Origin: Oopsacas minuta
Taxonomy: Eukaryota; Animalia; Porifera
DNA: 64,000 bases
Assembly (NCBI GenBank): GCA_024704765.1
Contig: JAKMXF010000300.1
Location: 248,001-312,000 of the forward strand
Reading direction: 5' to 3'
Made by a program: the position numbers and the translations under genes. Below the pieces are notes generated by a model. That model did not search any database and was not told the DNA's origin. It saw only the letters and a program-made list of their open reading frames with translations. How positions within the stretch are numbered: position 1 is the first letter of the stretch; each line of letters begins with the position of its first letter. This document shows, piece after piece, positions 44,401-54,384 of the stretch.

Positions 44401-46626
44401 GTGCAATTGGTATTCCTACACCGATTATCGAGATAATGTTTATGAAAACGAACTCAAAGGCGATCAGTATAGCGCAATTCCGAATTTCCTGCGTATTATA
44501 CTTTTTTTTGTAGTAAACACATTTTAAATACATCAAGATTAGATTGAATGTGGAGAGCATGCACGAGGCATTTACCATTGAGAACACTTGGAACAATGTC
44601 ACCGTGTAATAGTAGATAAACCCTGACTTCAAAGTTGTATTGAATGCATATTCTGAATCACATGTACTGACGTTCATTACTCCATTTTCTACCATCACGC
44701 TAGTCACTATTTTCCCTATTATATAGCTTGCGATTACTCCGTATTGGAAGCACAACCCGATAGCTGTCAGTACATATTTCCAAAATTCGGTTGTAAGTTG
44801 AGTTTTCATTTCGATACTTGCTTCCTTCACATCGATACCTGCTTCCTTCACATCGATACCTGCTTCCTTCACATCGATACCCACCCTGAATGCTCTGTAG
44901 ATCATGTACACTATCCAAACTATGTAGAACAACCCCATTAGAATCAATATACCCGATCCAATTTCATATTTGTACGGTTCAAGTTTCTCTGCGTATTTCT
45001 TCCATTGTTCATCAGTCGAACTCATTTCTTATTAGCGCAATAATAACCTGATATACTTGCTGATTCTACTTTTGATAAAATTACGATAGATATGTCCTTT
45101 TATACTGCAAGATTTACGATAGACATATTCTTCTGTATATTACCCTAAGGTTTATCATTCTAATTATTATATTTGCAACTTTCATAATAGCATAAATGTA
45201 TTATAGTTATCTGGAAATGATGTTTACTACCAATTCTGAAAGTAATACATTTTATTTATTATTAATGTTTTCACTTTCAACAGATAATAATTTATCCTTT
45301 TGCTGACATACATATTTTCTTTTAGGCGTTTGTGTATCAACTTCTGACTACCACTAATAAACAAGAAATTTCTAAGAAAGCTCCAAAGATAATCTGCACT
45401 GAAACTACTACTATTTCTCCAACAGATATACTTCAGTTCGTAAATTACAATAAATCATTAATAGACACACCTCCAAGTGTTTCACAGGTAGGTCGTAGTA
45501 CACTACTTCCAGATATCGACATTCCTGGAACTGTTCAGAAAGAAATAACGCCAAACACGTCTCTAGGACCTACTCTTAACATAGCAGCTATCAAAACCGC
45601 AGAATCTTTGTTATGCAATGACATACCATCTCCAATCTCAGCTACATTTGAACCTGGCTACATTAGGCCACCTCCTCCACTAACTCTATCTCAACAGGAA
45701 CTTGTATGGATGAATCCTACTGAATGTCTTCAAGCTATTCAATGGGATAATTCTATGTGTATGGATAACAGGGCTGTTGTTGTAAGAAAGCTACTTGGTA
45801 ATATATTATAATTATTCGTGTATTCCCCCAAATTTTTGCGAACATATACTACAGTAAACTCCATGATATCGCAGTTTCACACTTATTACAAATTGTGAAA
45901 CTGTACAAATATGATCCCAACTAGCAACTGGCCAAAAACCGTCAAAGTAACATAAAATTACATCTGTCATATCGAACTTATTTCGATTTTATTATTGCGC
46001 TCCCTTAAGCTTCGATTTAAAGGGCGTTGACTGTAATTGTTTTCAGGCAAATCATTCAAAGAACCATTGACTCGTGATGAAGAGTATCAATTCACTCTAG
46101 CGGTTGAAAAAGAACCTAAATTAATTCTACAGGGTGGATTAACTCCAACTAAGCTCCCTCTAATCGTAGAGAACAATCCTACTATTGCTATTTTCCTGAC
46201 AGGCAAACTCACAAACTTTCCTAATCTAATCAATGAATACCTTGAGACTCTTGTCTCCATGGAGATGTCTCTACACTCTATTGAGGTTGTATATAACTAC
46301 TAATAGGTGTACTTTTAACTATTAATAATTGTATATAGGTTCTCAACAATCTTTCTACGACGGTAGACTTTCCTACAGAATTCCTGCAGCTTTATATAAC
46401 TCGCTGTTTAGAATCTTGTCAATCTTTTAAAGATCGGAATCAACAGCAAAGATGTGTACGATTAGTATGTGTGTTCTTGCAGTGTCTAATACGAAATAAG
46501 AAGTTTAATCCTCAGGACATGTTTGCAGAGCTTCAGGCATTCTGTATAGAGTTCAGTAGGATTCGTGAGGCAGCTGGGCTATTCAGGTTACTCAAGAATA
46601 TGGACACTATTGATAATAAAGTATGA
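41431..46626 (+). CDS. CNOT11: CCR4-NOT subunit 11 (exons 41431-41802, 45326-~45796, ~46048-46288, ~46340-46626)
   Basis: [28 protein letters not shown], junction LPEK|[16 protein letters not shown]...[16 protein letters not shown] and [34 protein letters not shown]. Confidence 0.93.
42169..43221 (-). CDS. Orphan 7TM protein, intronless, nested in CNOT11 intron 1
   Basis: 350 aa ORF with ~7 hydrophobic segments; N-terminal NST sequon; C-terminus DLTKPLVNE. Confidence 0.72.
   Translation of the reverse strand: MGLFNSTNSEIFMFFWINYGLILFFIILWVLNILLWIIYIITTLRNIKRSTRQVQITYNNKEKVKELTVQLWKFRLLLLISLCEMFALLIAGLTICMHRILRYYNSDIVVEIALSYIHDFLYIICLYLLLTVLKLLNITIRYLIGVYNWEEYKPDKIKDDLKFILIESLVLFLLAGLWIPIIPLGVILIIRSICEYVKHVKGSIQLCAALRGMSTEYKRQNNSEGDFQYRQNKKKETNYRWFTRWLMTGVFFWMLASAISLTGVILNQAGICLKLQHIELAVFNEITSHKIYLIFITDLFIFTGGVVLFPVHILYTLMYFTKSQHRVSGCCYCRVKTEKQTDLTKPLVNE
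43880..45025 (-). CDS. Orphan 7TM protein, intronless, nested in CNOT11 intron 1
   Basis: 381 aa ORF with ~7 hydrophobic segments; C-terminus [13 protein letters not shown]. Confidence 0.72.
   Translation of the reverse strand: MSSTDEQWKKYAEKLEPYKYEIGSGILILMGLFYIVWIVYMIYRAFRVGIDVKEAGIDVKEAGIDVKEASIEMKTQLTTEFWKYVLTAIGLCFQYGVIASYIIGKIVTSVMVENGVMNVSTCDSEYAFNTTLKSGFIYYYTVTLFQVFSMVNASCMLSTFNLILMYLKCVYYKKKYNTQEIRNCAILIAFEFVFINIISIIGVGIPIALAILFVLILVKFIRFSLNCKEGYKVYRHRIDRNIRDGASESLIEHGDNLESECTHYGYIATVFCFGAGFYIAQLTFDPLATIVEASCTIFPDERYYIRILFHFMKLLVWGSWAMVIIIFVPFFLPYTFYYSCIVCCPTQILNFLSRASNCFRKPGPKVHHELTQPLINKVEKD
44811..44881. repeat. 21-bp tandem repeat x3.4, in frame (GIDVKEA)
   Basis: TCGATAC(T/C)TGCTTCCTTCACA repeated. 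Confidence 0.93.
45850..46035. mobile_element. MITE family A in CNOT11 intron 2
   Basis: TACAGTAAACTCCATGATATCG ... CCCTTAAGCTTCGATTTAAAGGGCGTTGACTGTA; internal AAACCGTCAAAGTAACATA shared with the 18388 and 58737 copies. Confidence 0.78.
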
Positions 46627-46672
46627 TCATATATTTATTACAATATTGCTCGAATTCATTAAAGTTTACAAA

Positions 46673-46756
46673 AGTCAACTCCAGTTATTTCGAACATGGA
46701 TATATCGAAGTAATTTTCGCGGTCCCTTGAGCTTGCTATAGTGTGAGTTGACTGTA
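46673..46756. mobile_element. Short MITE family A copy between CNOT11 and SPMAP1
   Basis: AGTCAACTCCAGTTATTTCGAACATGGATATATCG ... CGCGGTCCCTTGAGCTTG...GAGTTGACTGTA. Confidence 0.75.
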
Positions 46757-46792
46757 CATTTCTTACATTTACTTCCTATTCGAAAATTAGCA

Positions 46793-47320
46793 ATGGAGAA
46801 GTCATTCATACTAGATGGTGTCCCTCTATCAAATCTGAGCAATAACGATGTCTTTCGCTCATCTCCACAGCATGACATATCTCTACCTTCTTACAATCCT
46901 GTCAAAGACAAACATTGTAGAGTGTACTTCCAATTTGCTAGCATTCCACGCGCTGTTTCAGCTCGAATTTCGCGTAATCGTCCTCTCTCCACTCAAGCTG
47001 GTCATCATAAGGATGTGTTCCTAGAACGGTGTTCCTCTGTCCAATATATCTCACATCGTAATCGTAACGGTGCTGGTTACTCCTGGGATACTTATCGAGG
47101 ACACGATACTGAAGTGTATAAACCTGTGATCGGCTGGAATGGAGATGCTGGTTATAGAACAAATACTTTCAAGCTTAGATATCAACCTTCTTCATTCAAT
47201 ATGCCTGTTGAGAAGAGATTCGGTATGTATCTTGATTATCAAGGATTGTTACCGCATAGACCCGGAAAGATTGAACCTTCGTATAAGAAATTCTCTCGCT
47301 CGTTATCGTCTCGTTCTTAA
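46793..47320 (+). CDS. SPMAP1: Sperm/axonemal microtubule-associated protein, C17orf98-like
   Basis: EKSFILDGV, LPSYNPVKDKH..YF, QYISHRNRNGAGYS..RGHD and GWNGDAGYRTNT..LR match C17orf98 (EKGFILDGV..IPPYNAQQD..GFNGRFGYRRNTP.LR) as I recall it. Confidence 0.78.
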   Translation: MEKSFILDGVPLSNLSNNDVFRSSPQHDISLPSYNPVKDKHCRVYFQFASIPRAVSARISRNRPLSTQAGHHKDVFLERCSSVQYISHRNRNGAGYSWDTYRGHDTEVYKPVIGWNGDAGYRTNTFKLRYQPSSFNMPVEKRFGMYLDYQGLLPHRPGKIEPSYKKFSRSLSSRS

Positions 47321-47582
47321 TATGACTATTTCTTTATTTATCATCTTTGGACTAAAATTCTTCCTAAACCCTTATTATAATTATTATCGATATTTTATTG
47401 TGCTTTCTTTTGGAATTCTCTCAATTTATCGTTTTACTTTATACTTACTAGCTCGTATTGATTGTTGCAGTAAGTAAGTGTTAAAGAAGGTCCAAATCTA
47501 TTGAAGAATGTGATTCAGTGATTGTGTATAGATCAAACTTGTCAGGTCGCTTTTATGAAGATTCTCCTCCATCTTATACACC

Positions 47583-47880
47583 TACAGTCACACCTCTGAG
47601 ATCCAGGTAGTGCCGTCCGGATTTCTGAAATTGCCCGGTTCATAGAAATACCACTATGTCTATGTGAGTTCTAAAGTGTTTCTAATCCACAATTTCGAGA
47701 TGCATTTCTGCTGGTAAAGAATCGTATTTGACGTCAAAACTAAAGTCAAAGTCTATTACGGGAAAATTATCTGAAAATGCTGGATACGTTTTGAACTGAT
47801 TGAAAATATTGTGTCAGTTTAGTGAGTCGGGATGTGCCCGAATCTTTGAGGTCTGGATCTCATCTCAGAGGTTCCACATA
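47583..47880. mobile_element. ~300 bp TA-flanked MITE-like element
   Basis: Left TACAGTCACACCTCTGAGATCCAG vs revcomp of right end TATGTGGAACCTCTGAGATGAGATCCAG. Confidence 0.5.
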
Positions 47881-48190
47881 TATCCACTATTTGTGATAAC
47901 ATCAGAAAATATCCAGAGTCATACAGAAGAGCTACAAGATTGTCAATTACAACTATACATTAAGTATATTTCTTTGTGTTGTTGTTGATATCTATTCACA
48001 CTTTTTTCTTAGATTCTCTAATGATTTCCCTGTCGATTGTTCATTTTATTAGAATACACCCATTATGTATGTACTCTTCCCTCGGTTATTTGTGTTATTC
48101 TCCTCCTTCTCGCTATATTTGTGCACTTTATTATAACTTTACATTGGGCATACGATTATACGGAGTTTATTAGTATATTGAGTGAATTAG

Positions 48191-50729
48191 ATGGAGAGAA
48201 TATCTCGTACTGAAATTGAGAGCTCCGTAGACTCATTCCCAGACTTGGATTACAAGTTTGAACACATAAACTGGGCTGATATTATGGATGCAGAAGAGGC
48301 TAGTAATCCTGAATTGAAATTACAAGTTTTACAACAGAAATCTTGTAATATGCGCACTGACGAATTATTTCGATCTTCTATTCTTCAATCTGGATTGCCT
48401 TCACTAAATAGTTTAAATTTAGAAGATCACTCACGGGGACTCCCTCCTCTGGACACCAAACAGCTGAGAGGTATCAATAATGGTACAGTACCTTCTCTAG
48501 TCTCATTTTCTGGTGTTTTGAATAAACCGAAACCTAAACCTCCTGTAAACCAGTTAGTATATTTTTGTTATACTATTTGAATACTTTTTTTATATTTTCT
48601 GTTTTAGCATTCCTGAGAGTAAACCTAAGGAACTATTCAAAATACCTGCTATACCAAAACAGACGGGAAAGCGATCACTTGAAGATTCAGGACATAATCC
48701 TAATACAGAGACGAAGGTTGTATAAATATACATCGGAACCTCGTTTATACGAATGACCATCCGTTGGCGTTTGTATTAACGAAGTTCTACTGTGTTTGAC
48801 TTGAGTTTGATTTAAGTTTGTGTGTGTAACGAAATGAAAGCACTTCGTTATAACTAGAGTTTACTGTCTTTTATAGAGTATTAGATTGCCCCCATCTCCT
48901 TCATCTTTGCATGACACTAAACGAATAAAGATATCAGAAAATTCTTTCAACAGAGATTGGAAGTCTGGAGATGATGATTTTATATTTACTTCAGATTTGG
49001 ATTGGAGATCTAATAGCCGTTAGTATTTGATAGAATTTAAATATTCATTTTATTTCATACGGTGAAACCTCTACGAATGGCCTATGGAAGGGGAACTTCT
49101 CGAAACACAGTGAGAAATATATTGAGCGAATCCCTAGTCCCATACAAATGAACCTCCACAAACGGGGTAGCATTTTCAGCCTTCCTGGCAAACCGTTTGC
49201 CGAGGTTACATCGTATTTTACTTATATCTATATAGGTGCAGACTCATGCCGGCTTCCTATCCCCCACTCAGTTTCAGTTAGCACTCTAGAGTCTGACGCA
49301 GAGATTGAGACCAGTTCTGCGTTTTCTGACACTTCTTCCACTTCTACACTAACTAGCAAACGTTCCAGGCGTACAGAAGAACTACCCATAATTACTGATG
49401 TACATAAACTTGAGCAGAGACAGAAACAAATAGATTACGGCAAAAATACGGACGGATATCAGAACTACATCCAATTGTATCCAAAATACAATAGAAAACC
49501 TGATATGCCTAGAACTCCTGATAAACATATAGGATATTCACATAGACGATGGTTGGGGCTCTTAACCAAATGGAGAAAAGCTCTACACAAATGGGATGGA
49601 ATGAATACCTCAATTTTAGCCCCAAAAAACGTAAGATTTCAATAAAACTTGAATAAAATTTTGTGATAATTATTGTTTTATAGGAATTTCATAGCCATTT
49701 TGAAGATGCTAATATATTTCCTGGCCTGTCATTAGAAGAAAGGTCTCCTACTATACATATACCTGTAATACAAACTGAAGTATTATCATACAGTGACATA
49801 TTACAGAATATACGACAAGGTAATTTTAGTAATTTATTATTTCAATGTATATTTGATTTCATGTGTGTTATTGAGTAGAAAACATTGATCAGCAAGAGGA
49901 CACTCCAGTCGCTACAACTATAGAATGTAATAATCAAGACTTGTCAGTAAAAACTCAAGCTAGCTCTATGATTGAGGAAATACATTGTAGTCCAATGAGT
50001 TATGCTTCTGTTTTGAAAACTCCTATTTCAATACAAGTACCAAAAATAACTCAAACTCAACAAGAGATATCACAACTAGTTATCCAGCCGGTTGAAGATA
50101 AAGCGTTAGGAGCTAATATTGCTGATAATGATAAGGAAGATGAGACAGAATTCAAAGAGAATATTCCTCCTGTCTCTGAACCCATTCCACCTTCTAAACT
50201 TACATATAGTCAAGTTCTAACAGCCCCTAAACCGCCCCAAATGTCTGTCGAAGAGCCTCGTAACGTAAACTTACCAACAGCTAAAGAGCCAGAAAACATT
50301 GATAATATTAAAGAACAGATTCCTCAACATGAAGATTCAATGGAAGTAGACACACAATCTAACGATATTATCCTCGGTAAAAATACTCCTAAGTCCTACT
50401 CACAAGTATTAAAATCACATCCGCCAGTTAAGCAAGTTAATTCCGATACTATTAATAATAATGCTATAGGAACAGAGGTAGTAAACGAAGAGGACAATAA
50501 TTGTAGAGATAGTGTTAAAATTATTGAAATTCCTCCTAAAGCTGAATCAAGTAACCCCACATATTCTCAAGTATTAATAGACCAACCCACCACGGTTAAA
50601 CAGGATAACATTGTATTGAATGGTCTCAATGAAGAAGCACTATTATCTGAAGATATTTGTGATACAGACAATACAAATTATCATCACCTCATCCCACAGA
50701 ATAAACTCTCCCTACAAGAACAGAGCTAA
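48191..50729 (+). CDS. SLBP: Histone mRNA stem-loop binding protein with long C-terminal extension (5 exons)
   Basis: RNA-binding domain TDVHKLEQRQKQIDYGKNTDGYQNY...PRTPDK..YSHRRWLGLLTKWRKALHKWD; N-terminal NWADIMD motif; in-frame downstream exons 49684-49819 and ~49879-50729. Confidence 0.88.
48729..48794. mobile_element. 66-bp foldback/MITE in SLBP intron 1
   Basis: TACATCGGAACCTCGTTTATACGAA vs revcomp of right end CACAGTAGAACTTCGTTAATACAAA. Confidence 0.45.
49058..49215. mobile_element. MITE family B in SLBP intron 2
   Basis: TA-flanked inverted ends TACGGTGAAACCTCTACGAATGG / TACGATGTAACCTCGGCAAACGG; 32-nt inverted match to the 2224 copy. Confidence 0.7.
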
Positions 50730-51021
50730 TAACGTATTTCGCTCTACAGAGCTCATTTACATACCCGATCATCTGTATGTACCTTTCTCTACTTATCTAA
50801 GCCAAAACATGTGTCAGATAAATAGATTGCATTAGACTTAAATAATTAACGTACACAAGTTCTGCCTTTATAGAATAAGTGTAATTATTTTATCCGATGT
50901 GAATTACAATATTTCTCTTTGATTATTGAGGTTATTTTATTTGTATTCAATTTCCTCCCTTCACTATATTAGTTCATAAATGATATTTTAACTATTTCGA
51001 TATTTTCAATTAATTGCTTGA

Positions 51022-52248
51022 ATGGCGTCTTTTCTACGAGATAATACAGCGGGTTCTAATGAGAATGTGTTTATGAAAATTCGAAAAAGAATAGAAGAGA
51101 AGTTTGATTCTATTATTCAAAAAGTTGTAGAGAGAAGAGAAGCTCTCATAGTACAACTAGAACTATTGGAAAGAGAGTATGAAACACAGGTTCTGAAAAT
51201 GGAAGAAATAGAATCGTCTAAACAAGAAATGGAACAACTATTTACAACTTTGAAATTAGAAACAGCCAAGAAATCCTTGAGGAAGAGTATCACTGAATTA
51301 AATGAAGAAATTGAAAAGAGTAGCAAAGTTGAATATCCAGAATTGTCATTTGTTTGTGAAACGAATGATTTAGAATGGAGGATTTCTGAATTGGGTAAGT
51401 TAGGTGAAGCTAAGAACAAAGAATTTGTTGTTAGAAAATACGATAATATCAGTAAACCGGTGAAAACCTTTGGGAAGAATGGTAATAATTCAGGGAAAGG
51501 TAAATTTAATGAACCAAGAGGAGTATTGGTAGATGACAAGAATAACAGAATATTTATTGCTGATATGGATAATAATAGAATACAAGTATGGTCCATTAAT
51601 GGTGATTATATCTCTGAGTTTGGTAAAGGTACTCATGATCGGCCATGGGAGATTGTATTATGTGATAATGCACTGTATATTTCTGACTTTGCTAAGCATT
51701 GTGTAACAAAATGGTGTTCTAGCACTCTTAGTTTTATGACTCAAACTAAAACCACTAAAGGTAGGAATGAAGGTCAATTGGATGGTCCAGCTGGTCTAGA
51801 TATTGATTCGGGAGAAGTGTTTGTTGTAGAGTATAGGAATAATCGTATTTCTGTGTTTGATGTAAATCTGTGTTTCAAGAGAATAATGGCTTTTAAGATG
51901 ATAAACACATCACATTGTCTGAGAATTAGATCTAATACTATCTATATTGTAGAAATGACAGGAATTATTAAGCTATTCTCTAAAGCTGATCAACTGATGA
52001 GAACTATTGGAAAGAATAGATGTTTTTCCAATAGTATATTTCATTTTAACTTTGATTCAGCAAACAATTTCCTTATAACTGATGTAGATAAGAATTCTCT
52101 ATTTATACTATCCCCAGAAGGTGAATTGATACATTCAATTTGTTTCAAAGATTGGAAGCCTAATTCCCCGTTTGGTATCGATGTATCAAGGGAAGGGAAA
52201 TTGGTAGTTACTTTTCCTGAAGGATCAGCTGCTGTAGGGATTTTTTGA
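51022..52248 (+). CDS. Coiled-coil + NHL beta-propeller protein (TRIM-NHL-like, no RING/B-box), copy 1
   Basis: NHL blades GKFNEPRGVLVD..RIFIADMDNNRIQVW and GQLDGPAGLDID..VFVVE..NNRISVFD; N-terminal heptads; intronless. Confidence 0.9.
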   Translation: MASFLRDNTAGSNENVFMKIRKRIEEKFDSIIQKVVERREALIVQLELLEREYETQVLKMEEIESSKQEMEQLFTTLKLETAKKSLRKSITELNEEIEKSSKVEYPELSFVCETNDLEWRISELGKLGEAKNKEFVVRKYDNISKPVKTFGKNGNNSGKGKFNEPRGVLVDDKNNRIFIADMDNNRIQVWSINGDYISEFGKGTHDRPWEIVLCDNALYISDFAKHCVTKWCSSTLSFMTQTKTTKGRNEGQLDGPAGLDIDSGEVFVVEYRNNRISVFDVNLCFKRIMAFKMINTSHCLRIRSNTIYIVEMTGIIKLFSKADQLMRTIGKNRCFSNSIFHFNFDSANNFLITDVDKNSLFILSPEGELIHSICFKDWKPNSPFGIDVSREGKLVVTFPEGSAAVGIF

Positions 52249-52328
52249 TTAATTTATCATAACTATTTTGGAGCTAATTAATTTATTCTATTTCACATTT
52301 TACTTGTATAGTATAGTGAATTGTATCT

Positions 52329-52747
52329 TTAGTTTCTAAAGAACTTTTGTCGGATTTTTGTATAGTTAGTTTGTTTTTTCCTGCTGCTCCTATAGGTGGG
52401 TGTCCTAATGGCATGGACGATGTATGACGTCAGTACCTCCGTCCGTCTGCGTGGCTGTGCGAAATCTAGCAGCCCGATTAGCATGAAAATTGGTACACAT
52501 AGACATTTTGGGTCAGAGATTTGCACTTCGGGTATGAATTTTTCTGAAGTGGATATTTCACACCTTTCTATGTAAAATTCAAAAGCATGCTAGAGATTAG
52601 GTTTCAACATGTTGGTAGGGGTAAGTGTATGTATATTTGCCTATTTTGAGATTGTCACCCCTCACCCCTCGAAAGTAATTATTTCACAGATTTATTTATG
52701 ATTAATCTCTTTTCACACCTTTTGAAATATTTCAAAATTATGCTAGA
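52329..52747. mobile_element. Non-autonomous Helentron/DINE-1-like (HINE) element, copy 1
   Basis: CCGTCCGTCTG and CCGATTAGCATGAAAATTGGTAC resemble HINE/DINE-1 cores; short inverted GTAGGGGT/ACCCCT; near-identical copy at 55727-56144. The class is inferred. Confidence 0.5.
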
Positions 52748-52923
52748 CATTTCGTTTAACTGCTAGTCAGGGAAAATCGATGTGTAGATTCCAAAATTGC
52801 CATTTTTCAATCTCTGACTCAGTGATTAATCCTATGATTAATCATATTTTGACACCTTTTGGCACATATTTCAGATTGATGCTAGTGATCTCGTAACAAT
52901 TTCGTTATTTTCACTTAGCTTGA

Positions 52924-54141
52924 ATGGCGACTTTCCTACGAGATAATACAGCGGGTTCCGATGAGAATGTGTTTAAGAAAATTCGGAAAAGATTAGAAGA
53001 GAAGTTTGATTCTATTATTCAGAAAGTTGTAGAGAGAAGAGAAGCTCTCATAGTACAACTAGAACTATTGGAAAGAGAGTATGAAACACAGGTTCTGCAA
53101 TTGGAAGAAATGAAATCGTCTAAATCACAAATGGAACATCTATTTAGTAATTTGAAATCGGAAACATCTAGAAAATCTTTTAGGAAGAGTATCAATGATT
53201 TCGCTGAGGAAGTCCAGTACGCTAGCAAAGTTGAATATCCAGAATTATCATTTGTTTGTGAAACGAATGATTTAGAATGGAGGATTTCTCAATTAGGAGT
53301 GTTGAGTAAAACTATGAAAAATGAACTGATCCCTATAAAATACGATAATATCAGTAGACCGTTAAAAAGTTTTGGGAAGATTGGTTCTGGGAAAGGTGAA
53401 TTTTACAACCCCAGGGGAGTATTTGTAGACAACAAATATGACAGAATCTTTGTTGCTGATAAAAATATTCGAATTCAGGTATGGACGATAAATGGAGACT
53501 ATCTTTCTGCATTTGGTAAAGGCGTTCTTAGATGGCCATGGGAGATTATGTTATGTGATGATAATCTTTATATTTCAGATATTGAGACCCATTTTGTAAC
53601 AAAATGGTGTTCTACGAACTTTAGTTTTATAGCTCTATCTAAAACGACTAAAGGTTCAAACCTAGGTCAATTGTGTGGTCCAGCTGGTCTAGATATTGAT
53701 TCGGGAGAAGTGTTTGTTGTAGAGTGTGAGAACAATCGTATTTCTGTGTTTGATCTAAATCTGTGTTTCAAGAGAATAATGGCTAATAGCATGATAAACA
53801 CATCTTATTGTCTGAGAATTAGATCTAATACTATCTATATTGTAGAAATGACAGGAATTATTAAGCTATTCTCTAAAGCTGATCAACTGATGAGAACTAT
53901 ATACAAACATGAAAATTTTTCCAATAATATATTTCATTTTAACTTTGATTCAGCACGCAATTTCCTTGTATCAGATACTAGCAGGAATTCTCTATTTATA
54001 CTGTCTCCAGATGGGGAAATAATTCATTTTATTTGCTTCAAAGCCTGGAACCTTGAGAACCCATTTGGTATCGATGTAACAAGGGGAGGGAATCTTGTGA
54101 TTTCTTTTAACAGTAGACATTCTGCTGTTTCTATTTTGTGA
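52924..54141 (+). CDS. Coiled-coil + NHL protein, copy 2 (more divergent)
   Basis: Same architecture and MATFLRDNTAGS start; colinear with copies 1 and 3. Confidence 0.9.
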   Translation: MATFLRDNTAGSDENVFKKIRKRLEEKFDSIIQKVVERREALIVQLELLEREYETQVLQLEEMKSSKSQMEHLFSNLKSETSRKSFRKSINDFAEEVQYASKVEYPELSFVCETNDLEWRISQLGVLSKTMKNELIPIKYDNISRPLKSFGKIGSGKGEFYNPRGVFVDNKYDRIFVADKNIRIQVWTINGDYLSAFGKGVLRWPWEIMLCDDNLYISDIETHFVTKWCSTNFSFIALSKTTKGSNLGQLCGPAGLDIDSGEVFVVECENNRISVFDLNLCFKRIMANSMINTSYCLRIRSNTIYIVEMTGIIKLFSKADQLMRTIYKHENFSNNIFHFNFDSARNFLVSDTSRNSLFILSPDGEIIHFICFKAWNLENPFGIDVTRGGNLVISFNSRHSAVSIL

Positions 54142-54384
54142 AGAATTATGTATATCTTTGGGGACTAGCAATTCGCATTTTTATGTTTGTACTTTAACGA
54201 ATTCGTAATTTTAATTCTAGTGTATAGTTATTGAGTTAGATTGATTTGTTCTATTTATATTGACTAATGGTTTAAAAAATATTTATCTATTCTACAAATT
54301 GAAACTTACCTTTCCTGCCTGTAATTAATATTTTAGTAGTTGGATATTTTTAATGAGATTTAATATTTCCACCTATTAGTATGA

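Noticed and set aside
10376-47320. Cluster of flagellar genes (CK-like, CFAP99, CCDC61, SPMAP1)
   Set aside because: They are interspersed with unrelated housekeeping genes, and ciliary genes are common enough for this to be chance.
49148-49236. N-terminus of ORF 49148-49645 (MNLHKRGSIF...)
   Set aside because: It derives from a family B MITE inside an SLBP intron; the exon starts after the acceptor at ~49236.
52329-52526. Duplicated small minus-strand ORFs (also 55735-55923)
   Set aside because: They lie inside the duplicated HINE-like element, with no transposase or other motif.
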